DNA of 64,000 bases, taken from Octopus vulgaris (lineage: Eukaryota). Below, piece by piece: positions 1-12,457 of this stretch. Each line of letters starts with the position of its first letter. Positions within the stretch are counted from its first letter, which is position 1. The notes beneath the pieces were generated by a model, which was not told where the DNA came from, made no database searches, and saw only the letters and a program-made list of their open reading frames with translations. Made by a program: the position numbers and the translations under genes. Where the stretch lies: assembly GCA_951406725.2 (NCBI GenBank), contig OX597818.1, positions 79,732,001 to 79,796,000 on the forward strand, given 5' to 3'.

Positions 1-363
1 ATATATATATATATATATATATATCACAATGAAGATATTTAGACCTCTTATAGGGATATTTTCATCAAAGGTAGATTGGTTTAATATACTGTATTTTGCA
101 GAAATATTTCATTAATTAATATATTGTATATAATATCGTAAAATATCAAATATTATTATGAGGTTTGAAAGCAAAGAGATCAAATGCATACAAATTAATT
201 AATTAATTAATTAAGATATCCACCTACAATTGTTTCTCACAAACAAAATTAAAGCTACGAAAGATAATTTTGTATTTTAAAATGCCTCGGGTGGAAAATC
301 ATAAGAGTGCGGAAAGGACAATACAAGGATTACATTATGATCCGCTGGAATGCTCAGAAGATA

Positions 364-419
<56 letters not shown>

Positions 420-492
420 CAGGTATATATTGAGTGCCAAATTTGGAACTTAAGGAATGAGAAACAGCAATATATATACGCATCAGTACATA

Positions 493-1374
493 CGAGATCA
501 GATCAATAAGCATGCGGACTGTTGCCATAGTAACAAAGCTAAGGGACGCAGAGTGAAGCTGCTTCGCAGAGATTGAACTTGAACTCTGCTGTGCATGCGC
601 ACTTAGATTTAGCGTTCTAGCTCACTTTCACTGTTTACAGTAGCGCTTGGAACGAACGTGTGAAGTATGTGATCGTCACATTGACCATGACAGAGAAAGT
701 TGTCATGGCAATACCTGCACAGAGGCCTAAGCGTATGGAGAGGGGTGTATGAGCCGCATACAAGTCTATGAGTTGATCAGAGCTTTCTAAGATGTTCGAA
801 ACGTGTTGGTATTGACGAAGGTTCTGAGAGTCCAGAAACCAGCAGAACTGAGAAAAAAATCACAGTTGAAGCTGTGAGGGGAATTCGTCGAATAATCATC
901 AGTGAGTTATGAGCGTATGTGCAGATTAGTTACGGTTCAGTTCAGTCTATTATCACTGAAGATTGGGAATGAGACGCGTGTCTGCCAAGTTTGCGCCAAA
1001 ACTGCTTTCAGCTGACCAAAAAGACTCAGGATTTCAGTTTCACAAGTTTTCCTTTAGTTTGTCGACAACAATGATGGAAACTTTCTGAAAACTTTGCGTA
1101 GGCCTCTGAGCAGGTATCATCAAGCTTTTGGCAAACTTTGATGCAGATTCCCTGCTCAACTTTTTCTGTCATAGTCACTGCAACAACTACACGCTACACA
1201 CCTTCCTTCCAAGCACTGCTTAAAACAACAGAAGTGTGCTAGAACGTTAAAACTTAATGCCCATGCACAGCAGAGATAAAGGACAATCTGTATCATGCAG
1301 CTTTGCTCTGCGTACTTTAGCTTCGTTAGTATGGTAACAGTCCTGATACCTATTTACCTATTGATCAGAGCACG
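493..1374 (+). mobile_element. Internally deleted mariner-family DNA transposon with long (~140 bp) imperfect TIRs
   Basis: 491-630 (TA-CGAGATCAGATCAATAAG...GTTCTAGCTCAC) matches the reverse complement of 1231-1376. TA flanks both ends. The interior encodes a broken N-terminal transposase, ...ISYGSVQSIITED/LGMRRVSAKFAPKLLSADQK (mariner linker), with no catalytic domain. Confidence 0.8.
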
Positions 1375-1442
1375 TACATACATGCATACATATATGTGTG
1401 TGTTTGTGTTTGTGTGTGTTTGTGTTTGTGTGTGCATGTATG

Positions 1443-1481
<39 letters not shown>

Positions 1482-1522
1482 TGAGAGAGAGAGAGATAGA
1501 TAGATAGATATATAGATAGATG

Positions 1523-1563
<41 letters not shown>

Positions 1564-1646
1564 ATAGATATATATATAGATATATATATATATACATTTG
1601 TGTTTGTCTGTGTATACATACATACATACATACATACATACATACA

Positions 1647-1682
<36 letters not shown>

Positions 1683-1886
1683 TTCTTTTATTCTTTAATC
1701 CTTTCACTTGACTGCGGCCTTGTTGGCGCACCACCTTGAAGGGTTTTACACAAACAAATCGACCCCAGGACTTATTTTTTAAAGCATGGTACTAATTACA
1801 CTTTTGCCGAACCGCTAAGTTACGGAGACGTAAACACAACAACGCAAGACGTCAAGTGATAGTGGAGGGACAAGTGCAGATACAAA

Positions 1887-1975
<89 letters not shown>

Positions 1976-2131
1976 GATGGGCTTTTTTCAGCTTCTGTCT
2001 ACAACATCTACTCACAAGGCTTTGGTCGGCCCGTGTCCTTAGTAGATGACACTTATCCAAGGTGCCACGCAGTAGGTCTGAACCCGGAACTATGTGGCTG
2101 GGAAGTATGCTTCTTACCACACAGCCACGCC
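1683..2131 (-). mobile_element. tRNA-derived SINE, family A (internal microsatellite), near full length
   Basis: Minus strand begins GGCGTGGCTGTGTGGTAAGAAGC (A box) ...GGGTTCAGACC (B box). Central (TA)n/(TG)n tract. The 3' half is shared with copies at 12666, 49721, 52562 and 53894. Confidence 0.85.
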
Positions 2132-2510
2132 GATGTATATATATGTATATATATGTTTCAATTAACAAAACTCAAGGTAGTTGGACTTCATATCTGTACT
2201 ACATGCTTCTATTATTGCTATCTCTATGTCGGTTGCTCACGAGCTAGAAGCAGCAACAATTTCTTCATTTGGACACCAACAAAAAATTACACAATGAATA
2301 ATGTTTACCCTCACGTACTTCAAGATTGACAGATTTCCAGTTCTAAACTCTATTATCATTATAATTTGGATATCTATAAAATATAAATATTTTGAAATAA
2401 TTATAAGAAAAAAATATATCTTCATATTTATTTACTACTCTGAATAAGTAGAGATGGAATCTGGGCAACTCCGGGTAATTCAGTTAATCCTTTATATGTA
2501 TATACATACA

Positions 2511-2546
<36 letters not shown>

Positions 2547-2886
2547 TATATATATTCATATTCACATACATATACAAATATGTATACGTGTGCGCGTGCG
2601 TGTGTGAGAGAGAGGTAAAAAGAGAGAGCTTCCGACAACCTTCTACATATTTTACGAGTATCCGATTCCACTCACGAGATATGGATCTGTTTGAAGTTAT
2701 ATAGAATGGCATACACATGCACACAGTACATTAATATACTTTTATAAAGTTTGGGGAGTGTGGCTTAATCCTTAGTAGGTTCGCGATATCCCGGATTCGA
2801 CTACATTGCATGGCATCTTGAGTAAATACAAATATGTATATATATGCATGTATATTTATACATATAATATATATGTATTATGTATG

Positions 2887-2955
<69 letters not shown>

Positions 2956-3061
2956 CCAAAACGATGCAAATTGTAATGAATAATATAATTCGATGTTTCG
3001 TAATTTTACCTTACATTTCAATATTTTGGGGTTAGGGTTTTTCGCTCAATATATACATACA

Positions 3062-3110
<49 letters not shown>

Positions 3111-3989
3111 CATATACATATACATTTAGCGAATGATGAGAGTGAGGATGTGTACGTTTTCAAGTGATGTGCAAATTTTCAGCTTAGTCCGACCACATTT
3201 ACTAACACTTTTGCCTGCACAACTGCATGTGAGACAACGTCCGCCCTTTTCACAAATATACATTAGAATAGCAGAGATACCTAGTCTTGCTCGGGATTAA
3301 AATAGTTTATTATTGTTTTACTTGTTTCGATATTATAACCCGAATTCATTCTGGTCTATGCAGGCCACATTTTAAAAGATGAGGAATTTTGCCCTTGAGG
3401 CCACGCTTTTTAATTCAGCAAACTCAAAGTTGCCATGCAAAATCGCCAGCACTTTTAACATAGGTGTGCAATATTTTCAGCTCAATCAGACCACATATGC
3501 ACACACTATATGCACACATTATATATATACATACGCATTAAATATATATATGTACATATATACGCATTATATATATACACATTATATATACACACATTAT
3601 ATATATATATATAATATACATATACACACATGCATATATAAATTAACACAATAAATATCTGATTAATATCTGTTATCGTGATTGTGCGGTGGTAGTGTGC
3701 GATAATAATTCACTGTTCTAAAAGACCTGTAGCGGGAATATTTTAACTTTTGCTGCTGTCAAAGCTTTCTCTTTATAGATACAGACAGGCGTACAGAAAG
3801 AGATAGGCGATGGCGGAACGAGTAACAGAGAGACGGCGAAGGCAGAGAGGGAAAGATAGTGGAAGCTGTCAAACGTCGTTATAGAGAGAAAGTAGAGGGA
3901 AGGGAGGAAGGAGAAAGATCGAGGAAGACAGGGTGATATCCGAACGAGAGAATCAACAAACACTTGCCCTAGTAACCACAGCTTTTGAG

Positions 3990-4388
3990 ATGGAGATTTC
4001 TAACCTAGTCCAGTCCCTTCTTCACCTCATTTTACAAGCCCCTGTAAATTTTCGCCGCAATCCAAGCACTCCTACTGCCAGTGAACTCTGCATAAGCACT
4101 AAATGAGACACGCAAACATACAACTTTCGGCCATTTCACTTTTATATATAAAGACTAGTTATTTTGACCCGTGCTTCGCTCGGGTTTTGGTGATGATGGC
4201 AACCAAACGGTAGCACCGAGCGACTTGCAACCCTCCTCACACCATTGCCCACCCCATTTTACCCCCAGTGTAAATTTTGGCGCCAATCCGACCCTATCTA
4301 CCGACCCTTAAACCGTTCCGATCCCAAAATGAGACAAATAACCAAGAAATCAAACAACATTTTCGCATTTCAACTTTAAAGATATTGA
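3990..4388 (-). mobile_element. Two head-to-tail non-autonomous Helitron-like units
   Basis: On the minus strand, hairpin ACCCGAGCGAAGCACGGGT (4185-4167) is followed by CTAG (4158-4155), which abuts TCTTTATATATAAAAG, the 5' TC of a second similar unit. Both units share TGTAAATTTT..CAATCC and AAATGAGACA. Confidence 0.65.
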
Positions 4389-4389
4389 T

Positions 4390-4437
<48 letters not shown>

Positions 4438-4470
4438 ATCAATATATACATTATATATGTTTATATACAC

Positions 4471-4515
<45 letters not shown>

Positions 4516-4539
4516 AATTAACACAATATATCTGATTAA

Positions 4540-4912
4540 TAATAATCGATGTATCAATACCAACAGATGACAATGTTTCACTAAAAGAAACGAAGAAACT
4601 TTCAAAATACAAAGATCTGGAAATAGAGGTAACTCGAATGTGGAATCTAAAAACAGAAACAGTTCCCATCATAGTAGACACAGTAGATATGATAAAAAAA
4701 AACTGTCCAGACAAATACATAGCAAAAGCACCAGGACTAACAAATATAATAACACACAGAAAATAGCACTACTAGGCACCGCACACATTCTACGAAAAAT
4801 ACTTTCAATACAGTAACCATAAGAGCATCACAACAAGCCACAGCACATACCCAAGGCACACAGAACTGCGCTAGGGTAGGGCAGTGAAAGCACGTGATAA
4901 AAATAAGACTAC

Positions 4913-4970
<58 letters not shown>

Positions 4971-4990
4971 TAACAATAATAATAATAATG
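4540..4990 (+). mobile_element. R4/Dong-clade LINE 3' end (restriction-like endonuclease, 3' UTR, (TAA)n)
   Basis: Translates IIDVSIPTDDNVSLKETKKLSKYKDLEIEVTRMWNLKTETVPII...QKIALLGTAHILRKILSIQ*, with the stop at ~4816, then a UTR and a (TAA)n tract. Confidence 0.85.
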
Positions 4991-5824
4991 ATGATGATGA
5001 TGATGATGATGATGACAACAATAATAATAATAATGATGATGTGGAAAAGGAGGAGGAAGAGGAGGAAGAGGAGGGGTGGAGGAGGATGAAGAGGAGGACG
5101 ACGACGACGAGGAGAAGGAGGCGGATGGGGAAGAAGAGGTGGACGACGAGGAGGAGGTGGTAGAGGACAACGATGACGATGATGATGGTAACAACAACAA
5201 TGACACAAACTACAACATATTTTTTCAACAGGGATGTAAACAAACTTTGGAAAGAACTAAATAATACTGTCTAAGTCAGAAAAATTCGCATGTCCTATTT
5301 TTGTGGAAGTATTCCTGAGCCTCTGCTGACTTAGTGAAATTCGACACAGAAAAACAATGAAAAGGTGACAACTGCCCTCCGATCACATGGAATGAAAGGC
5401 ATCACGAACTTTTGTCTTGACATAGATTCTGAACGGTGAGATGTGTTTGTTCTGTGTTTTATGGGGCTAGCCTGTGTGTGTGTATGTATGTATGCATGTA
5501 TATATGTATGCATGCATTTATGTATGTATGTATATATGTATGTTTGTATGTATGCATGCATTTATGTATGTATATATGTATGTTTGTAGGTAGGTATGTA
5601 TGTATGCATGTATGTATATATGTATGTATGTAGGTAGGTAGGTATGTATGTGCGTGTGTTTATTTGTGTGTAAGTAGGTATGTGTAGTTTATGTATGTAT
5701 ATTGTGGGTACTTATGAATGTGTGAATGAAGGTATAGGTGTATGTATGTTAGCTTTGCGTTTCTGTTTTGTGGTTGTTGATACAGAAACGCGCGCGCGCA
5801 CATATACACTCACATATACACACA

Positions 5825-5962
5825 CGTGTAAGCACATAAATGTAGAACAAATTAATACTCGAATACCGAAAGTAGAGTAATGTGCCTCTTTATTAAAGCT
5901 GCAAAAACATCACAAAAAAATTGTTACTCAGAGTTTCACGTTCCCTTTTGTCGGACAGTTGT
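5825..5962 (-). mobile_element. Penelope-like terminal repeat fragment with decayed minimal hammerhead
   Basis: Minus: AACTGT-CCGACAA-AAGGGAACGT-GAAA-CTCTGAG-TA-ACAATT, then AATAAA. Homologous to 7401-7526. Confidence 0.55.
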
Positions 5963-6003
5963 GATCAAAGACTGGAATAAAATTGTTATGGTACATGTTA
6001 TAT

Positions 6004-6310
6004 GTGGAGGCGCAATGGCCCAGCGGTTAGGGCAGCGGACTCGCGGTCGGAGGATCGCAGTTTCGATTCTCAGACCGGGCGTTGTGTGTGTTTATTGAGC
6101 GAAAATATCTAAAGCTCCACGAGGCTCCGGCAGGGGATGGGTGCGACCCCTGTTGTACTCTTTCGCCTCAACTTTCTCTCACACTTTCTTCCTGTCTCTT
6201 GGGTAACGCTGCGATGGGCTGGCGTCCCGTCCAGCTGGGAGGAACCCATACGCCACAGAAACCGGGCCCATGAACCTGGCTAGGCTTGAAAAGGGCGCAT
6301 AAATAAAATA
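6004..6310 (+). mobile_element. tRNA-derived SINE, family B head/body with family C tail; 11-bp TSD
   Basis: A box TGGCCCAGCGG and B box GTTTCGATTC. TSD ACATGTTATAT at 5993-6003 and 6311-6321. Confidence 0.85.
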
Positions 6311-6485
6311 ACATGTTATATATGATTTGATATAATCCAATTTAACGAATAAGCATTTGGATTTTATATGTATGTATGAATGTATGCATGCATGCATGTA
6401 TGTATGTATGTATGTATCTACGTAAACGCACTCACAAAAACATACACACACGATGTATGAATGTATGTATGTATTATGTGTATGT

Positions 6486-7032
6486 CAGGTCACTTTCGAG
6501 TGCTACTGGTAACATGTAACCCAGTACTACCTGTTGCATGGTCGGGTCGTCGGCGACTAAACCGGCAACCCCAACAAGCTCGCTTGGTGAGGGGGTGTTT
6601 ATTGGTCACCCTGCGGGATGAAAAACAAAACCCGTCAAAGGGCGGAGGAACTCTTGAGAGTCAACGGCCATCCAATAAATGTCTTAAGGCTGTATCATGC
6701 GCGGGGACATAAAAATAATCGGATTGAATACCCAATCGCGCAGTTAAACCATTGGGAGTGAAGGACTCCTAGCCTTTGTCAGGGCATCCTTCTAGGAGGT
6801 AACTCAGGTAACTGGGATAACTCCGACATAAAACCTGCGGCTCAGTGGTTACCGATGATGTTGACTTGTTCTTCTTTTCGGATTATGGCTGCTGTTGCTT
6901 AGGGAGTGGGATTGACTCAGTGCACAGCCTTTCCTCACTTAAAAAAATATCTTCTTGCACAGGCATTGCACGATAACAACTTTGATTAAGCTTCGTGCAA
7001 TGGCCATACTCGATAACGAGGGGGCAGCCACC
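6486..7032 (+). mobile_element. GC-richer non-coding retroelement, probably derived from an RTE 5' UTR, in a (TATG)n tract
   Basis: Sharp compositional boundaries. ATGTATTATGT occurs on both sides (6469-6479, 7033-7043). HDV-like fold at the 5' end. The RTE assignment is inference. Confidence 0.45.
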
Positions 7033-7346
7033 ATGTATTATGTATGTATGATTGTATAAAACCAACTGCACTTCAAAATTTTATACCAGTTTACCTTCCT
7101 CTAGAAGACGTTGTAACGAAAACTGAAGTCCATCTCTCCCAGTGGGTCACATGCTAGTTAACCCGTAGCTGAGACCCTAACAGGTGCTACTGCTCCGTGT
7201 GGAAGTAGAACTGGGGAACAATAATGGCTAAAAGGTGGTTCTACTCTACTCAAAAGCTTAGAACTCTCATGCCAGGGCCCCATTACGTGATGCAGTTTAA
7301 AGTTATACTCAAGTCACACACACACACACACATATGCGTGTGTCTG

Positions 7347-7390
<44 letters not shown>

Positions 7391-7400
7391 TATATATATA

Positions 7401-7584
7401 CCGGAGTAAACACATAAATGTGAAACAAGGTGGAAAAAAGAGTACTCAAATACCAGTGGTAGAGTAATATGCTTTATTTAAAGCAGCAGAATTTCAACAA
7501 AACCTGTTACTCTGAGTTTCCCGTTGCAACGGGAAACTCAGAGTTACAGGCTTTGTTGAATTTTCTGCTGCTGCTTTAAATAAA

Positions 7585-7590
<6 letters not shown>
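7401..7590. repeat. Foldback Penelope-like terminal repeat with a near-perfect 114-bp palindrome (7472-7585)
   Basis: Centre of symmetry at 7526/7527 (CCCGTTG|CAACGGG). Each arm carries GAAACTCAGAGT(A/T)ACAGG and AATAAA. Confidence 0.8.
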
Positions 7591-7651
<61 letters not shown>

Positions 7652-8010
7652 GATACGAGTGAGTGAACGAGCGATTGTAAAGGGCACGCAAAACGTTTAT
7701 TAAGAGTTAAATTTATTATTCAAAAGTTTGATTCGGTTACTCGGTTCCGTGCGACTTTAAATTTCAGAGGCCCGTAACAGGACCCTGGTACTTTCAGGTT
7801 TAGGATTGAAGCCTGCGAATCTAAAAGTCGCAAGGAACCGAATCAAAATGTTTTGAATAATGTTTGTGAGTGTGTTTGTGAGTGTGTGTGTGTGTATATA
7901 TATATGTGTGTGTGTCCATGTCTGTGTGTATGTGTATGTATGAGTGTACACACAAACACACACACACATACACATTCGCCCATGTGGATGCATTTACTTT
8001 TAAGTATTAT

Positions 8011-8390
8011 TGGCAGTGTGTTTAAGCAGTTTGCTGCACAATTACATGGTTTTGAATTCAGCCCCGCATCGTAGAACCTTGGGCAAACGCGTTCTACTTC
8101 AACTGGAAAGCGAGCCAATGACTTGTAAGTGAATTTAGTAGAGGGATATCTGGCGGAAAATCGTCGTACTAGTGTTCGCCGCTGTGTTTGAGTGTGTTCA
8201 TTGTATGTATTTGATTCTTACTGACTGATAACTAGGGTCTTCGTATTTACGTCTGCGTTACTTAGCAGTCTAGTAAAAGGAAACCGATTAGATAAATACC
8301 AGATTTAAAAGAAATACATTGACAAAACCCTTTAAGGCAGCGCTCCAGTAGGAACGCAGTCTGATGACAGAAACAAGTAAGAGAGTAAAA
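8011..8390 (+). mobile_element. Diverged SINE family A copy
   Basis: Degenerate tRNA head TGGCAGTGTGTTTAAGCAG..., CCTTGGGCAA, and 3' end CGCTCCAG..GCAGTCTGATGACAGAAACAAGTAAGAG. Confidence 0.65.
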
Positions 8391-8580
8391 AACAAAAGAA
8401 TATTATTTTACCGATTGTATCAATGGTACAAACAGAATGTCCTAATGCATAATGTATGCGTGTATGCATGTATGGAAGTATGTGTGTATAGATAGACAAA
8501 TAGACAGACAGACAGAAATACATACAGATGGAACTAGCTAACTATATGTGTACATGTGTGTGTATACATATATATATGTA

Positions 8581-8648
<68 letters not shown>

Positions 8649-8693
8649 TGTATGTATGAATGTATGTATGCATGTGTATATATATATATATAT

Positions 8694-8936
8694 AAATGCG
8701 CCCTTTTAAAGCATAGCCAGGCTCATGGGCCCAGTTTCCCGGTTTCTATGGCGTATGTGTTCCCCATCTGGACGGGACGCCAGTCCATCGCAGCGTTGCT
8801 CATTTTTGCCAGCTGAGTGGACTGGAGCAATGAAGTGTTTTGCTCAAGAACACAACGCGTCGCCCGGTCCAGAAATCGAAACCACAATCTTACGATCATG
8901 ATGCTGACACCCTAACCGCTAAGCCACGTGCCTTCA
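8694..8936 (-). mobile_element. tRNA-derived SINE family C, full length
   Basis: Reverse complement of the 20543 and 20798 copies; A and B boxes and the CTGCGATGGACTGGCGTCCCGTCCAG block are present. Confidence 0.85.
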
Positions 8937-8939
8937 CAT

Positions 8940-8975
<36 letters not shown>

Positions 8976-9771
8976 CTTACCTGTATATATCGTACATATG
9001 TGTATACATCTGGTATACATATATACCATTTACATGTATATAACTTCAGCATGTATGCTTTTTGCATATGTATGTATGCTGAAGTTTTATATATGTATAC
9101 GGTGTATTTATATATGCCTAATATATATACATGTGTACGATACATACAGGCAAGATATATACATGTATAAAGGACAGGACCATTTCCCAGTAAGTCGAGT
9201 TTGTTTTTCTTCTGTTGACCAACTCGTAAGATAACAATTCAAACATTCTAAAGAATGATAGATAGAGCTTATTTGTCACTGACTGATGATCGATACTTAT
9301 AATATCGTAACGTTATATCTTCAATTAACGCATGAGTAATACACAAATACGTATCTATTTCATTATCACATAAGTAGTAAAGATGTAATTGTTCCTTTTG
9401 TGTCCGTATATTATAAATGATTCATTAATACTGTGTAGCGGTATTGGTGTAAAACAAGACTGAATCACCCCACACATACGTTTTATCCGTAACTGATTTA
9501 ATTATATCATTACTTTACATTACTATCAGCTGTGTCAAGTAGAGATAGATAATCTTGCTATGTGCTCTTTCCAAGAATAACTGCCAGATATCCCAAAATT
9601 CCTTGCTGTGTATCATATTTATAACATTTTATTGTATCTTCTGGGACTTAGGCTTGTCACAAATCAACCGATTTCGAACGATTTATAATCTCACCATTCT
9701 TATTGCTGAACTTTTAATGGAACTTCAGATGATTTATTCGCTGAGATTTTCATTAATTTGGTATCGCACGT

Positions 9772-9925
9772 AATTGGCAGAATCTTTGGCATGTCGGACA
9801 AAATGTTTAGTTCTTTATATTCTAAGTTAAAATTTTGGCGAGGTCGACTTTGCCTTCCATCCTTTTAGGGTTGACAAAATAACGTACCAGTCAAGTACTG
9901 GGAACAATGCAGTCGATTAATTTTT
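9772..9925 (+). mobile_element. Diverged SINE family D (Nin/Deu-like domain)
   Basis: CGAGGTCGACTTTGCCTTCCATCCTTTTAGGGTTGACAAAATAACGTACCAG matches the family D core. Confidence 0.7.
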
Positions 9926-10737
9926 ACTCCCTTGAATCAACTATTAAAGTGTTTTGCTGTATATATTCTGGCTACTTGTATTTTGAATTCAAATCTCATC
10001 GAGATCCTTCTGTGATCAATAAAATACAGAATCAATCAAACACCGCGATCTGTTTAACCCACTAAATCCATTCCACTCAAATTTGACGTATTTTGCCAAT
10101 GTTAAAAACTATTATTATTTCGTGCTTATATCAAACATCCCACCACATTTTACGCAATCTGGCGCATTCTCAGTGTTATTTCTGAAATCCTCCATTGCAA
10201 AAGGTAACTAATCTAGTAATGAGACAATACTGGTCAAAATCAATAATGGTTAAACAGCATCTGAAGTATAGTTTACGCTATTACACAACTACAGAAAGTC
10301 AATAATCCCTTCGTCGTTCCTGACCAAAATAATCCAACCACATATAGTTGTGAAACGATAGACGGATAGAAATCTCACTGATGTCAAATATGAATATGGA
10401 ACCAACAGAAAATCTCTTAAATGTTTGGACTTTGGTAGAAATGATTTGACTGACTTTGCGATGCAATTGGTTTAACAAGAAACAAGTTACTACCATTCTA
10501 TTTCCAGTTAAGCCATTCGAAATGTTCTTTCACTGAATCCCTTGAATTTGTTCTCTGAAGAAACGCTAATTTTTTTTCATTAAAAGTCTTGATAGTAAAA
10601 TAAATATCATTTTAGTTCCTGCTGCTACTGTTGCTGGCGCTTCCGTCGTTGGTGCTGTATTACGACATACCTTGATTTGATTCATTTAACTTATATCATG
10701 TTTGAAAATACGCATACCTTAACGTACCACAACGAAT

Positions 10738-10815
<78 letters not shown>

Positions 10816-11042
10816 CATACATACATACATACATACATACATACATAAATACATACATGCATAGATGTATGTATGTATGTATGTATGTATGTACATGTGT
10901 GTCTGTGAGAATGCACGCGCACATCTCTTAAGATTAGATATGGCCGGTACCGTGCTGTCGTCTGATTTTATTTAGGCATTTGAAATAACATCCTTAAATA
11001 ACACGGCTCACACCATCTATCTATCTATCTATCTACCTATAC

Positions 11043-11107
<65 letters not shown>

Positions 11108-11301
11108 TATTATATGTCCGTACGTGTGTGTGTGTGTGCGTGTTTATTTATATGTACGCATGCATGTATATCAATGTAGGTTAACTTTTATGTATATCAT
11201 TACGTTATGACGTAGGAGTATTGAAAAATGCCATTCTTCCTTATTAGAGTCGTTATCAGGCAATAATAACAACACCAACAACAACGACGCCAATAATGAT
11301 G

Positions 11302-11370
<69 letters not shown>

Positions 11371-11969
11371 TATGGTAACTGCAATGAAAATTCATCGTGA
11401 TACTGACAGTCATCAGAGCATTACGATTTAAGGTTTTATATCAGTAAGGACTAGACTTACTATAACTGTATGGAAGTATAACTGTATGGAACATAACCTT
11501 TTGTATATGTTTCGTCTTTTAGTGCAGAAGGAACAGTTATCGGTACGGAGAAATAGATAAATAGAGGGAGGGAAAGAAGTAGGAGGAGAAGAACGAGAGT
11601 GAAAATGTATGCGCGTGTGTGTGCGTGTGTATGTGTGTGAGTGTGCATGCGTGTGTATGTATTAGTGTGGATTAGTGTGTGTTAGTGTGTGTATGAATCT
11701 GTGTGTGTGAGACTGTGTGGGTGATGGATAGAAAAATAGGGGAGGGTAAGATAAACAGGGGAGGAGTCGCCGGGTCAAAAGAGTGACTTCGAGAATTCAA
11801 ATGGCAGGAGAAAAAGCTGTTATTCTTTGGAATTGCTCATATGCTAGACTAAATTTATTTTCGTTAAAATAATGTTTGAATAATGGATAATTATGTGTAG
11901 AAATAACAGTTATAGAAACGGCTCAAAGACCTGAAACAATGATTACGCGCGGATATATGTGTATGTATA

Positions 11970-12013
<44 letters not shown>

Positions 12014-12043
12014 GTATATGTATGTATATATACGCACACACTC

Positions 12044-12096
<53 letters not shown>

Positions 12097-12410
12097 CACA
12101 TATATATGTATGTACGTATGTGTGCACATGTGTGTAATTATGTAGATGTAGACGTGGATGTACATTTGTACATGTATGAAGTGTGTATGTATGGATGTAT
12201 GTAGAGGAGTACATATACATATACATTCTCTCTCCTTCTCTCTCACTATTTCTTCTATTCTACCCCTGAATCTTGTTCTTCTTCTTTCTCTGGCCCTTCT
12301 TGTTCTGCTTCGTCTCTCCCTTCAACTGTTGCTAGCACTACTCTATGAACCTCATTTGCCAATCATCCCTTGGTGAAGGCAGCTGAACTTATTCTAATAT
12401 TTCTATGTAT

Positions 12411-12457
12411 ATCCCATTGACAAGAGTCAATAAACTCGAAACATCGATGTCTGGAAT
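12411..12457 (+). ncRNA. Minimal type I hammerhead ribozyme motif, U3-A8 core variant
   Basis: ATCCCA-TTGACAA-GAGT(CAATAA)ACTC-GAAA-CATCGATG-TC-TGGAAT. All three stems pair. Predicted cleavage after GUC (12451). Confidence 0.7.

Noticed and set aside
3640-4541. ~28-bp direct repeat AAATTAACACAATA(A)ATATCTGATTAATA at 3640 and 4515 as a TSD
   Set aside because: The enclosed DNA is heterogeneous rather than one element; origin unresolved.
4894-5264. Poly-N/D/E ORFs suggesting an acidic protein
   Set aside because: Mosaic trinucleotide tract continuing from a Dong (TAA)n tail; open in many frames with no splice context.
6004-6080. Genuine tRNA genes at SINE heads
   Set aside because: No complete cloverleaf or terminator; each continues into a multi-copy SINE body.
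10130-10670. Unique-looking stretch as a possible coding exon
   Set aside because: Only short ORFs, no recognisable motif and no convincing splice pair; it could still be UTR.
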